Virus genome (UHGV): UHGV-1710763
Length of the DNA: 28,122 bases
DNA from: a virus
Strand: one strand, 5' to 3'
Shown: one piece after another, positions 14,404 to 23,593 of the stretch
Layout: each line of letters begins with the position of its first letter
How positions within the stretch are numbered: the first letter of the stretch is position 1
Translations under genes and position numbers: made by a program
Notes under the pieces: generated by a model
Told to the model about the DNA's origin: nothing
What the model saw: the letters and a program-made list of their open reading frames with translations, nothing else
Database searches by the model: none

Positions 14404-14961
14404 ATGAGATATTTGAAGTATGCTTCATGGATTTTCTTAGCTTTGTTAGAGCCATTTGCAGCAATCTTAGCAGTTATCTTAGCACCTTTTGTAGTTCCAT
14501 TCTACAGTGAGAAGAAAGGACACTTACCTTTCGGATTCAGATGGATGGAGACATATGACAACCCAATTGATGGTGATGAAGGTCACGTTAAAAGATGGGC
14601 TAATATTAGATGGATTGGTAAACTAGGTGTCTACATGCAAAGAGTCGGATGGCTCTGGAGAAACAAAGCTTATAACTTCTCTTACCATGTATTAGGAAGA
14701 GATGTAAAAGATGTTACTAAGTGGAAAGGTAATATCAACGTAAGTTCTAACCCTGAAGATAATCAGACAGGTTATCTCCTAATGTGGAACAGCAATGCTT
14801 GGGGATTATTCGCTTTTATCCCATCAATTAAAATCTTTGGTAAACAGTTCTACTGGAGAATTTATATTGGGTGGAAGCTAAAAAGTGTTGTCCCAGAAGA
14901 AAGAGCATTCTCAAGGGAAAGAGTTATGTTGGCATTCTTTATTCATCCACTAAGAAAGTAA
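14404..14961 (+). CDS. hypothetical membrane protein (hydrophobic N-terminus, Trp-rich)
   Basis: ORF-track ORF; N-terminal hydrophobic stretch WIFLALLEPFAAILAVILAPFVV; embedded between tRNA genes. Confidence 0.55.
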   Translation: MRYLKYASWIFLALLEPFAAILAVILAPFVVPFYSEKKGHLPFGFRWMETYDNPIDGDEGHVKRWANIRWIGKLGVYMQRVGWLWRNKAYNFSYHVLGRDVKDVTKWKGNINVSSNPEDNQTGYLLMWNSNAWGLFAFIPSIKIFGKQFYWRIYIGWKLKSVVPEERAFSRERVMLAFFIHPLRK

Positions 14962-14969
14962 AGATTTAA

Positions 14970-15045
14970 AGGGGATTAGTTTACAAGGTTAAAACCTCGG
15001 TCTTTGAAATCGAAGAAGTTGGTTCAATTCCAACATCCCCCGCCA
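14970..15045 (+). tRNA. tRNA-Gln (anticodon TTG)
   Basis: D-arm GTTT..AAAC; anticodon stem TCGGT / ATCGA with loop CTTTGAA; T-arm GTTGG-TTCAATT-CCAAC; weak 1:72 pair; CCA. Confidence 0.7.
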
Positions 15046-15047
15046 AT

Positions 15048-15126
15048 GCTCCATTACTCCAATTGGCAGAGAGGCCAGACTTAAAATCTGTGTTATGTAT
15101 CGGTTCGAATCCGATATGGAGTACCA
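15048..15126 (+). tRNA. tRNA with TAA anticodon (Leu-type) but only a 7-nt variable region
   Basis: Acceptor GCTCCAT / ATGGAGT; anticodon loop CTTAAAA; T-arm ATCGG-TTCGAAT-CCGAT; A73; CCA. Confidence 0.6.
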
Positions 15127-15131
15127 AATTT

Positions 15132-15207
15132 AGCGGTATAGCATAACTGGCAATGCAACAGTCTCTGAAGCTGTCTTATTAAGGTTCAAATCCTTATGCC
15201 GCTGCCA
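15132..15207 (+). tRNA. tRNA-Gln (anticodon CTG)
   Basis: Acceptor AGCGGTA / TGCCGCT; anticodon stem ACAGT / GCTGT with loop CTCTGAA; T-arm TAAGG-TTCAAAT-CCTTA; CCA. Confidence 0.7.
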
Positions 15208-15238
15208 CTTCTAAGGGTTCTTACGAGAGTCCTTAAAT

Positions 15239-15314
15239 GTGGCCTTATCATAAATGGTAATGACCCATGCTGTGAACATGGTCTATACGGGTTCAAATCC
15301 CGTAGGTCACCCCA
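15239..15314 (+). tRNA. tRNA-His (anticodon GTG)
   Basis: Acceptor GTGGCCT / AGGTCAC; D-arm TCAT..ATGA; anticodon stem CCATG / CATGG perfect with loop CTGTGAA; C73 discriminator; CCA. Confidence 0.75.
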
Positions 15315-15321
15315 ATTTATA

Positions 15322-15396
15322 GTCCAAGTAGCTTATATGGTTAAAGCGCGTGTCTGAAAAACATGAGAAGAGGGTTCAAATCCCACTGGACTACCA
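15322..15396 (+). tRNA. tRNA-Phe (anticodon GAA); acceptor register ambiguous
   Basis: D-arm GCTT..AAGC; anticodon stem CGTGT / ACATG with loop CTGAAAA; T-loop TTCAAAT; ends ACCA. Confidence 0.65.
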
Positions 15397-15412
15397 ATTT
15401 CAAAGGTGCTTA

Positions 15413-16147
15413 ATGAAAGAGATGACAGAACAAGGTAAGGAGATTTTTAATCTCTTAAAAACCGGTAAAGGGTTTTCTAACCCACTTATTACTGGTGCAG
15501 CAGTTCTCGGTGGAACCGTAGCTGCCTCTACATCACTTGTAAGCTCTATTAGCTCTGTAACAGACCCTACAACGAAGGAGAAACTTGTTGCTGCTGGACT
15601 TACAACAGTTCTTCTAAACAGCTTTACAACAAGCCTGACAAGCACTACAGCAACTACTAAGACCCTAACAGACTACGGTCAAAAGTCTATTGATGAGTTT
15701 TCATCACGTATGCAGGTGGCAAAGGGATATTCCAATGTTATGGGTGCAGCAGGAGAACAAGTTGGTTGTACACCATTCAGTGGTATTATGGGTGTTGCTA
15801 CAGAGTATGGTCAGCAAGCTATTGACATGATTAACAGCACACTAGACAGTGTTAACGGTGTGTTAAGTGACTTACAAGATGCTATTGACAAGGGTCTTGA
15901 TACTGTTTCTGATTTAGCTAACCAAGCTGTAAGTAAGATTAATGAAGGTATTTCAAAGATTACAGCTTATGCAGATGAAGTTGTGCAGATGATTGAAGAA
16001 GAAGCTGCCCTTATTGCAGAGTACCTTAAAACGAATATCAATGGGTTCTTAGCAGGTATCTTACCAGACTGGTTTGATGATGCCTGTAAAACTGGTGTAA
16101 TTGACACTATTGCAACACCAGAAATGAAGAACGCATTACAGAAATAA
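15413..16147 (+). CDS. hypothetical Ser/Thr-rich protein; start moved downstream of the track ORF (15350) to the first ATG clear of tRNA-Phe
   Basis: Track ORF 15350..16147 overlaps the tRNA at 15322-15396; the in-frame ATG at 15413 has AAAGGTG upstream. Confidence 0.55.
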   Translation: MKEMTEQGKEIFNLLKTGKGFSNPLITGAAVLGGTVAASTSLVSSISSVTDPTTKEKLVAAGLTTVLLNSFTTSLTSTTATTKTLTDYGQKSIDEFSSRMQVAKGYSNVMGAAGEQVGCTPFSGIMGVATEYGQQAIDMINSTLDSVNGVLSDLQDAIDKGLDTVSDLANQAVSKINEGISKITAYADEVVQMIEEEAALIAEYLKTNINGFLAGILPDWFDDACKTGVIDTIATPEMKNALQK

Positions 16148-16148
16148 T

Positions 16149-16241
16149 GGAAGATTAACCCTAAAAGGTAAGGGAGCAGTTTGCTAAACTGCCAGTAGCT
16201 GAGAAATCGGTGTACCAGTTCAAGTCTGGTATCTTCCTCCA
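16149..16241 (+). tRNA. tRNA-Ser (anticodon GCT), class II with long variable arm
   Basis: Acceptor GGAAGAT / ATCTTCC perfect; anticodon stem GCAGT / ACTGC perfect with loop TTGCTAA; ~20-nt variable arm; T-arm ACCAG-TTCAAGT-CTGGT; CCA. Confidence 0.8.
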
Positions 16242-16245
16242 ATTT

Positions 16246-16321
16246 GAATCCGTGACAGAAATGGCTATGTGCCTGTCTGCAAAACAGGTTTATAAGGGTT
16301 CGAGTCCCTTCGGATTCTCCA
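16246..16321 (+). tRNA. tRNA-Cys (anticodon GCA)
   Basis: Acceptor GAATCCG / CGGATTC perfect; anticodon stem CCTGT / ACAGG perfect with loop CTGCAAA; T-arm AAGGG-TTCGAGT-CCCTT; CCA. Confidence 0.8.
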
Positions 16322-16358
16322 AGTTATTTTACTCTCTCTCAATTAAAATAATAATAAT

Positions 16359-16418
16359 GCCCTGCTATAAGTATTCTTCCTTTCGCTACCGAAGAGTATT
16401 TTTAGACAGGGCTTTTTT
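16359..16418 (+). terminator. compound hairpin followed by a T-run (terminator closing the tRNA island)
   Basis: GCCCTG ... CAGGGC followed by TTTTTT at 16413-16418, with an inner imperfect hairpin. Confidence 0.45.
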
Positions 16419-16483
16419 ACAGAGTTATACTTTATAAGAAGCCTTATACAGTATGTCTCTGACGTACATTGTGGTTTCTCCTT

Positions 16484-16507
16484 GACGGTCTCTGTACCGT
16501 CTTTTTT
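16484..16507 (+). terminator. Rho-independent terminator
   Basis: GACGGT-CTCTGT-ACCGTC followed by TTTTTT. Confidence 0.6.
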
Positions 16508-16543
16508 AAGGGGAAACATGATTAACTATTTGGAGAAAACATA

Positions 16544-16744
16544 ATGAGCGAGACCGTTTATAAAGAACTTTATGAAGCTAATAAGAAGCTAGAATTTATG
16601 CAGAATACTATCATGGCAATTGCAGACAGATTGTCTGTAGCAACAGGTATTGATATTAAAGAAGCATCTATGGATGCACTTCTTGATGCTGTTGATGCAA
16701 AGTTCGAAGTTAAGAAAGAAGAGACTGCTACAGACTCTGAATAA
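16544..16744 (+). CDS. hypothetical protein (66 aa) immediately upstream of the large terminase
   Basis: ORF-track ORF; GGAG ribosome-binding site upstream; position is typical of a small packaging protein but nothing in the sequence confirms that. Confidence 0.45.
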   Translation: MSETVYKELYEANKKLEFMQNTIMAIADRLSVATGIDIKEASMDALLDAVDAKFEVKKEETATDSE

Positions 16745-16765
16745 TTCTATTTGCGGAGGCGCTTA

Positions 16766-18367
16766 ATGGACTTAAATGCTGTTAAGCAGAAGCGAGTGGA
16801 AGATGTTAGGAAAGTCCTAGCTGGAGAGTTGGGGCTTTCTGATGAAGTAAAAGAAATTATCAAATCATTCGGTAAAGACCCCTCTAAATTCCTTCCAACT
16901 CAAATTCTGACTTTATTAAGATACACACCAGACCAAGTTAGACTTATCTTCAAATTGATGACTGATAAGAACTATGTAGCCCCTCAGCCGGGTTCTCAAG
17001 AGGTCTTTTTAAATACTAATGCTGACTTGGTTCTCTATGGTGGTGCTGCTGGTGCTGGTAAAACTGCTGCATTGTTAATGGACTCTTTAAGATTTATTGA
17101 AGACCCTAACTATAATGCTGTATATTTCCGTCGAAATACAACACAGCTACAAGGTGGTTTATGGCCTGCTGCAAAGAAACTATTTGGTAAGTTTGGTGGG
17201 ATTCCTCACGAGCAGAAAATGACTATCACATTCCCTTCTGGGGCAACTATCAAGTTTACCTACCTAGAACTTGAAAAGCACGCTGAAGGTCATCAGGGTA
17301 TTGAATACTCAGCTATTTACTTTGACGAAGGTACACACTTCTCTGCTTCACAGATTTCATACCTACAAACCCGTCTACGTTCTGGTGCTGAAGGCGATTC
17401 ATACATGAAGATTTCCATGAACCCAGACAGAGACCATTTTATTTATGATTGGGTAGAACCATTCTTAGATGAAGAAGGTTATCCAGACCCTGAAAAGTGT
17501 GGTCGTATTCGTTGGTATGTAATGAACGATGGCGTGATGGTTTCTGATTGGGAGAGAGACAAGATTCTTGAAATGTTCCCTCTTGAGATTCCTCAAACAT
17601 ACACCTTCATCTCTGGTACGATTGATGATAACCCAATTCTTGACTTCTTAGAACCAAAGTATCGCGGTAAGCTTGAAACCAACACTCCTGTAAACGTTGC
17701 AAGACTTCGTTTCGGTAACTGGAAGGCTCGTGCAGAAGGTTCAAACTATTGGCAAAGACAATGGTGTGAGATTGTTGATTCACTCCCAGAAGATGTATTT
17801 GATGTTAGAGCATGGGACTTAGCAGCAACTTTACCATCTGAGATTAACCCTAATCCAGACTGGACAGCAGGTGTTAAGATGGGTAAATCTAAAAAAGACG
17901 GTTGCTATTATATCATTGATGTAGTAAGATTTAGAGATAGACCCTCTGGAGTCGAAACACAAATTAATTTGACTGCTGAAAGTGACGGTAAGCGAACTGG
18001 TATTTTTATCCCTCAAGACCCAGGCGCTGCTGGTAAATCCTACGCAACATCCCTCATCAGGAAACTTGCCGAGAAAGGCTATCGTGCAAGAGCTAAACCA
18101 ACAAATAAAGATAAAGTTACCCGCTTTGCGGGATTTTCTGCTGCTTCTGAAGCTGGACTTGTAAAAGTCTTGAGAGGTAGTTGGAATGAAGCTTACTTTC
18201 AAGAGCTTGAAGGCTTTTGTGGTGACGGCAAAACTAAAGATGACCAAGTGGATGCTACCAGTGATGCTTTCAACAGTCTGAACGAAGTTAAATTATTCAA
18301 GCCACCATCAATGGGTGCTCACACAGACTTAGTGAGAGGAAACCCATATGAGGGGCTTAGACGTTGA
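16766..18367 (+). CDS. terminase large subunit
   Basis: Walker A motif GGAAGAGKT in LVLYGGAAGAGKTAALL; ~530 aa; track ORF starts at a TTG at 16751, so the ATG at 16766 with GGAGG 5 nt upstream is preferred. Confidence 0.8.
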   Translation: MDLNAVKQKRVEDVRKVLAGELGLSDEVKEIIKSFGKDPSKFLPTQILTLLRYTPDQVRLIFKLMTDKNYVAPQPGSQEVFLNTNADLVLYGGAAGAGKTAALLMDSLRFIEDPNYNAVYFRRNTTQLQGGLWPAAKKLFGKFGGIPHEQKMTITFPSGATIKFTYLELEKHAEGHQGIEYSAIYFDEGTHFSASQISYLQTRLRSGAEGDSYMKISMNPDRDHFIYDWVEPFLDEEGYPDPEKCGRIRWYVMNDGVMVSDWERDKILEMFPLEIPQTYTFISGTIDDNPILDFLEPKYRGKLETNTPVNVARLRFGNWKARAEGSNYWQRQWCEIVDSLPEDVFDVRAWDLAATLPSEINPNPDWTAGVKMGKSKKDGCYYIIDVVRFRDRPSGVETQINLTAESDGKRTGIFIPQDPGAAGKSYATSLIRKLAEKGYRARAKPTNKDKVTRFAGFSAASEAGLVKVLRGSWNEAYFQELEGFCGDGKTKDDQVDATSDAFNSLNEVKLFKPPSMGAHTDLVRGNPYEGLRR

Positions 18368-18383
18368 TAGCTAGGTGAGAAGA

Positions 18384-19850
18384 ATGGCAGATATTACAGA
18401 AACACAAGAAAGCTTACCACCATTTAGAATGGGTGAAGTAGGTTCTTTGGGTCTGAAGGTTAAGAATGGAATAATCTATGAAGAACCTCGTCAGGCACTA
18501 AGGTTTCCTGAAAGTATTAAAACTTTCCAATTAATGATGCGTGACCCTGCTGTAGCAGCATCTGTAAATATTATTAAGATGTTTGTCAGAAAAGTCAACT
18601 GGAGATTCGTACCTCCAAAGGGAAAAGAGCAAGACCCTAAAATGCTTGAAAGAGCAGACTTCTTTAATTCTTTAATGGATGACATGGAGCATGATTGGGC
18701 AGATTTTATTAATTCTGTAATGTCATTCTGCACTTATGGGTTCTGTGTTAATGAAAAGGTTTATAAGAAGCGTCAGGGTAAGAAAGGAAAGTACCAGTCT
18801 AAATTTGATGATGGTCTAATTGGATGGGCTAAATTACCAATCAGAAACCAATCAACACTTGATAAGTGGTATTTTGACGAAGACTTTAGAAAAGTTACTG
18901 GTGTTAGACAGAATCTGAGAAATGTTTCACATATTGCTGGAGCAATTAATCTTGGAGAAAGACCACTAACAAGAAAACTCCCACGAGCTAAATTCATGCT
19001 GTTTAAGTATGACGATGAATATGGAAACCCAGAAGGTCGTTCACCATTACTTAATGCCTATGTGCCGTGGAAGTATAAAGTTCAGATTGAAGAGTACGAA
19101 GCAGTCGGTGTTTCAAGAGACTTGGTAGGTATGCCAAAAATTGGTTTACCACCAGATTATCTGGATGAAAATGCAGAACCTGAAAAGAAAGCTTTCGTAC
19201 AATACTGCAAAACTGTTGTTAACGATATGATTGCTAATGATAGAGCAGGTTTAATCTGGCCTAGATATATCGACCCAGATACTAAAGAGGATATTTTCGA
19301 GTTCTCATTAGTTTCTAGACAGGGTGCTAAAGCATACGATACAGGTTCTATTATTGACAGATATTCCAAGCAGATTATGATGGCATTTATGTCAGATGTT
19401 CTTGCTATGGGTCAGTCAAAATATGGTTCATTCTCTCTTGCAGACTCTAAGACAAGCTTACTAGCGATGTCAGTAGATATTCTGCTGAAGCAAATTAAGA
19501 ACGTAATTAACCGTGATTTAGTTGCACAGACTTATGCTCTTAATATGTGGGACGATGAAGAACATGTACAAATCACATATGATGATATCGAAACTCCAGA
19601 CCTTGAAGCAATTGGTTCTTATATCCAGAAGACTGTTGCAGTAGGTGCTTTGGAAGTTGACAAAGAGCTATCTAACAAGCTTAGAGAGCATATTGGTCTT
19701 CCTCCTGCTGATGAGTCTCAGCCAGTATCTGAAAAGCTTTCTCCAAATAGCCAAAGCCGTTCAGGAGATGGTTACAAGACCGCTGGAGAAGGTACTGCAA
19801 AGACACCTTCAGCGAAAGACCCAAGCACAGCAAATAAGGCAAATAAATAA
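18384..19850 (+). CDS. portal protein
   Basis: ~490 aa gene directly after the terminase, as in most tailed phages; track ORF starts at GTG 18375, ATG at 18384 preferred; acidic tail with basic C-terminus. Confidence 0.65.
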   Translation: MADITETQESLPPFRMGEVGSLGLKVKNGIIYEEPRQALRFPESIKTFQLMMRDPAVAASVNIIKMFVRKVNWRFVPPKGKEQDPKMLERADFFNSLMDDMEHDWADFINSVMSFCTYGFCVNEKVYKKRQGKKGKYQSKFDDGLIGWAKLPIRNQSTLDKWYFDEDFRKVTGVRQNLRNVSHIAGAINLGERPLTRKLPRAKFMLFKYDDEYGNPEGRSPLLNAYVPWKYKVQIEEYEAVGVSRDLVGMPKIGLPPDYLDENAEPEKKAFVQYCKTVVNDMIANDRAGLIWPRYIDPDTKEDIFEFSLVSRQGAKAYDTGSIIDRYSKQIMMAFMSDVLAMGQSKYGSFSLADSKTSLLAMSVDILLKQIKNVINRDLVAQTYALNMWDDEEHVQITYDDIETPDLEAIGSYIQKTVAVGALEVDKELSNKLREHIGLPPADESQPVSEKLSPNSQSRSGDGYKTAGEGTAKTPSAKDPSTANKANK

Positions 19851-20350
19851 TGGCTGAAGTTATCTCTATTTCAAATGCTACACGAGTGCATTCGTATAGA
19901 GGTGTTCTTATCATTACTGACAAGTTATCTGTAGAGGCTGGCTCAAGGGTCAGCCTTTCAGGTTATGTAAGTGATGGTGGAACCTCTGACGTTTTCACTA
20001 TTTGCAGGTTACTTGATGCACCAATGAGTGGAAAACCGTTTATTTCAGGAAATTGTAGTGAAATTGTTAAAATTCCATTTGACAGTTCATGCCTTTTGGG
20101 TGTAAAGTTATATAACTACGAGAATAAACGTATCAATGTTAATAGCATTGAAGCCGCTTTCATTACCCTCGACACTGCATTTCAATCTCCAATGACAGTT
20201 AATAAAGAAACAAACAGACTTGAATACATTTTTTCACAAAATGATTACAAAGTACTTGTCAAAGGCAAAGTATATGATATGGTTGTAAATGTGGTAGATG
20301 AATCTGGTAACCATTCAACAGTCCTTAAACAAAAAGTAAGGTTTAATTAA
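19850..20350 (+). CDS. hypothetical head-module protein (166 aa)
   Basis: ORF-track ORF whose start overlaps the portal stop. Confidence 0.5.
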   Translation: MAEVISISNATRVHSYRGVLIITDKLSVEAGSRVSLSGYVSDGGTSDVFTICRLLDAPMSGKPFISGNCSEIVKIPFDSSCLLGVKLYNYENKRINVNSIEAAFITLDTAFQSPMTVNKETNRLEYIFSQNDYKVLVKGKVYDMVVNVVDESGNHSTVLKQKVRFN

Positions 20351-20682
20351 TGGGAACATTAACTATTGATGGTAAGAATAAAATCCTCGCCACGCTAACC
20401 CCAACGACTATTATTTTACACAATGTAGACCCAACGGCAGACCCTACAGCAAATAAGGTTACTCAGCCAGTGGCTATTTATTTTTCTGAACCGGATAATG
20501 GCTTAATTGCCTCAGAAGATACAGTTAGTATTACTGTTCCAGCTTCTGCAACGGTCTCACACTATAGCTTGTGGGATGCTAACGATAAATGCGTGGCAAC
20601 TGGTGCTCTTAGCAAACCTCAATTCTTTGCTGAAGAAGGTATCTATGTTATCTCTTCAGTCTCTGTAGATTTAAACAAATAG
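20350..20682 (+). CDS. hypothetical head-module protein (110 aa)
   Basis: ORF-track ORF whose start overlaps the upstream stop. Confidence 0.5.
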   Translation: MGTLTIDGKNKILATLTPTTIILHNVDPTADPTANKVTQPVAIYFSEPDNGLIASEDTVSITVPASATVSHYSLWDANDKCVATGALSKPQFFAEEGIYVISSVSVDLNK

Positions 20683-20693
20683 GGTGAGTAAAA

Positions 20694-22040
20694 ATGAGTT
20701 CGAATATCTTCAGACTTGCTGATAGATTATTCAACCAACCTTTACTAGCCACTGAATCATTAGCTCACTCAGCAGCAACTTATGTGAATAACAGATTGCT
20801 GGGTGATGTCCAAGCAGCAGTAAACTTTGATAAACCCAAAGGTGAAGCAAGAAGTCTTTTAAAAGTAAAAGATGACATTGCTATTATCCCTATTATGGGT
20901 GGTTTAACCCATCGTATGACATTCATTGATGCAATGTGTACAGGTGGATTAAGCTCTTATGAAGGTTTACGCAGAGGCTTTGACGAAGCTTTAGCAGATG
21001 AGTCAATCAAGACAATTGTGCTACACATTGATTCAGGTGGTGGTGAAGCTTCAGGTTGCTTTGAATTAGCACGTCATATTATGGCTTCAAGAGGCCAAAA
21101 GAAAATTATTGCTTATGTAGATGAGTTCGCTTGTTCCGCTGCATACGCTCTTGCATCTTCTGCTGAAGAAATTATTGCATCACCAGATGCAGATGTTGGT
21201 TCTATTGGTGTAATTATGGTTCATCAGGAATTAACTAAGGCATTTGAAAAGAATGGCGTAACAATTAACGTCATTAAAGCTGGTGAGTTTAAAGGTATGG
21301 GTTCACCATTCCAAGCACTTTCAGAAGAAAGCAAAGAAAGACTTCAAAAGAGAATTAATGATACCTACGCAACCTTTACAGGTTTTGTAGCTGAATCTCG
21401 TAATCTCTCTGAAGAAGCTGTAAAGAATACTGAGGCGAATGTTTATTCTGCTCAGGAAGCTCTTGAACTTGGTTTAATTAACTCAATCATGTCTCAAGAT
21501 GATTTCTTAAATTACTTACAAGGTTCTGAAGAGGCTCCTGTAAGTTTAAACGTTAACAATTCAGGTGAAGAAATGACTGAACAAGAAAAGCAAGAACTAG
21601 AAGCTTTGCGTCTTCAGGTTGCTCAAATGAAAGCTAAAGAACAGGAAGCTGCTTTGTCAGATTTGACTAATAAGATTTCTGCTTCTGCTGAAGCTTTTGG
21701 ATTTGATGCAAAAGAAGCTGCAACGACTATTTTAGGTGCTGGTCTTGATAACCCTCTGAGTGTTCTGTTTATGAATGCTATGGAAGGTGCTAACCAGAAA
21801 CTTAATGAAACTATCGCGTCCCATGCTTCTGCAATGGAAGAAAAAGAATCAGAAATTACCAAGCTGAAAGAAACTGCTGGTGCTGTTCTTGAACATTCTA
21901 ATGCTATGGAAGAAATGGGTAATGACGGCGAAGCTGATTTGGTTGAAGAAGAAAAAGAACCAGCTAAGAATGCTTCCGAAGACACCGCTGAACAACGCAA
22001 ACTGGCTCTCCAGAATGCTCTAAAATCTCTTATCAAATAA
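20694..22040 (+). CDS. head maturation protease (S49 / ClpP-like serine peptidase) with C-terminal coiled-coil, scaffold-like region
   Basis: Peptidase-like core IPIMGG ... IVLHIDSGGGEASG ... DEFACSAAYALASS ... SIGVIM; C-terminal Glu/Ala/Lys-rich heptad-like sequence; placed between portal and capsid genes. Confidence 0.7.
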   Translation: MSSNIFRLADRLFNQPLLATESLAHSAATYVNNRLLGDVQAAVNFDKPKGEARSLLKVKDDIAIIPIMGGLTHRMTFIDAMCTGGLSSYEGLRRGFDEALADESIKTIVLHIDSGGGEASGCFELARHIMASRGQKKIIAYVDEFACSAAYALASSAEEIIASPDADVGSIGVIMVHQELTKAFEKNGVTINVIKAGEFKGMGSPFQALSEESKERLQKRINDTYATFTGFVAESRNLSEEAVKNTEANVYSAQEALELGLINSIMSQDDFLNYLQGSEEAPVSLNVNNSGEEMTEQEKQELEALRLQVAQMKAKEQEAALSDLTNKISASAEAFGFDAKEAATTILGAGLDNPLSVLFMNAMEGANQKLNETIASHASAMEEKESEITKLKETAGAVLEHSNAMEEMGNDGEADLVEEEKEPAKNASEDTAEQRKLALQNALKSLIK

Positions 22041-22051
22041 GGAACACAATA

Positions 22052-22429
22052 ATGGCATATCAAGGTTTTACTAAGTTAGGTAACAGAGAACCTCTGAATG
22101 ATATCATTCTTTGGGAACAGATTACCCCAACAGGCCACTCTCGTAAAGAGTACACTCCACAGGCATCTACAGAGTATCGTGTAGGTGAAGTTCTGAAAGC
22201 AGATGGTACTAAGGTACAAGCTGGAGAAGAAGCCCAAGCAGACTCTGTATGTATCGTTAATTTCTACGCAGACCTGCAACTGTCTTATCATGGTCAGTTG
22301 AAAGTAGTAGGTATCCACCGTGATGCAGAACTGAAAGACCTGCTAACTCTTGAATCAAGCGTTGATGCTACTGAAGTCAAGAAAGCTCTGGCTGCTAAAG
22401 GTATTGATTTCGTACCAACTGGCCTGTAA
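22052..22429 (+). CDS. putative head decoration protein (lambda gpD-like position)
   Basis: 125-aa gene directly upstream of the major capsid gene; assignment is from position and size only. Confidence 0.4.
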   Translation: MAYQGFTKLGNREPLNDIILWEQITPTGHSRKEYTPQASTEYRVGEVLKADGTKVQAGEEAQADSVCIVNFYADLQLSYHGQLKVVGIHRDAELKDLLTLESSVDATEVKKALAAKGIDFVPTGL

Positions 22430-22462
22430 TAACAATAATAAGACATTCTGGAGAATTTTACA

Positions 22463-23572
22463 ATGTTGACTAATTCTGAAAAAAGCAGATTTTTCCTTGC
22501 TGACCTGACTGGTGAAGTCCAGTCTATCCCAAATACTTATGGGTATATTTCCAACTTAGGTCTGTTCCGTTCAGCACCAATCACCCAAACTACTTTCCTT
22601 ATGGACTTGACTGATTGGGATGTTAGCTTGCTTGATGCGGTAGACCGTGATAGCCGTAAAGCAGAGACTAGCGCACCTGAGCGTGTTCGTCAAATCAGCT
22701 TCCCAATGATGTACTTCAAAGAAGTTGAAAGCATTACTCCTGATGAGATTCAGGGTGTACGTCAGCCAGGCACTGCAAACGAACTGACTACTGAAGCTGT
22801 AGTACGTGCTAAGAAGCTGATGAAGATTCGTACCAAGTTCGATATTACTCGTGAGTTCTTGTTTATGCAAGCTCTGAAGGGTAAAGTTGTTGATGCTCGT
22901 GGTACTCTGTATGCTGACCTGTACAAGCAGTTCGACGTTGAGAAGAAGACTGTTTACTTCGACCTTGACAACCCTAATGCTGACATTGACGCTTCTATTG
23001 AAGAACTGCGTATGCACATGGAAGACGAAGCTAAGACTGGCACTGTAATCAACGGTGAAGAAATTCACGTAGTTGTTGACCGTGTATTCTTCAGCAAACT
23101 GGTTAAGCATCCTAAGATTCGTGACGCTTATCTTGCACAGCAGACTCCACTGGCTTGGCAACAGATTACTGGTTCTCTGAGAACTGGTGGTACTGACGGC
23201 GTTCAGGCTCATATGAACACCTTCTACTACGGTGGTGTTAAGTTTGTCCAGTACAACGGTAAGTTCAAAGACAAGCGTGGTAAAGTTCACACTCTGGTTA
23301 GCATTGATGGTGTTACTCAGGATGGAACTGTAGGTGTAGGACATGCTTTCCCTAACGTTTCTATGCTGGGTGAAGCAAACAACATCTTCGAAGTGGCATA
23401 TGGCCCATGCCCTAAGATGGGTTATGCGAATACACTTGGTCAGGAACTATACGTATTCGAATACGAAAAAGACCGTGACGAAGGTATCGACTTTGAAGCT
23501 CACTCTTACATGCTGCCATACTGTACTCGTCCTCAGTTGCTGGTAGATGTTCGTTCTGACGCTAAAGACTAA
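22463..23572 (+). CDS. major capsid protein (lambda gpE-like family)
   Basis: 369 aa, the size and position expected of a capsid gene after protease and decoration genes; codon usage looks highly expressed; family from recalled resemblance to gpE. Confidence 0.65.
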   Translation: MLTNSEKSRFFLADLTGEVQSIPNTYGYISNLGLFRSAPITQTTFLMDLTDWDVSLLDAVDRDSRKAETSAPERVRQISFPMMYFKEVESITPDEIQGVRQPGTANELTTEAVVRAKKLMKIRTKFDITREFLFMQALKGKVVDARGTLYADLYKQFDVEKKTVYFDLDNPNADIDASIEELRMHMEDEAKTGTVINGEEIHVVVDRVFFSKLVKHPKIRDAYLAQQTPLAWQQITGSLRTGGTDGVQAHMNTFYYGGVKFVQYNGKFKDKRGKVHTLVSIDGVTQDGTVGVGHAFPNVSMLGEANNIFEVAYGPCPKMGYANTLGQELYVFEYEKDRDEGIDFEAHSYMLPYCTRPQLLVDVRSDAKD

Positions 23573-23593
23573 TATTCTTAAGGAGGGTTATGA

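Noticed and set aside
15350-15412. N-terminal extension of the 15350..16147 ORF
   Set aside because: The extension is made of tRNA-Phe sequence; the first ATG clear of the tRNA (15413) was used instead.
17831-18247. 138-aa minus-strand ORF (and other internal ORFs such as 18491..18733, 19157..19369, 21623..22063)
   Set aside because: Nested antisense within the terminase, portal and protease genes, which have clear motifs; no independent support.
22571-23344. 257-aa minus-strand ORF
   Set aside because: Lies entirely antisense to the major capsid gene, is Ser/Asn/Leu-rich as expected of an antisense frame, and has no ribosome-binding site or operon context.
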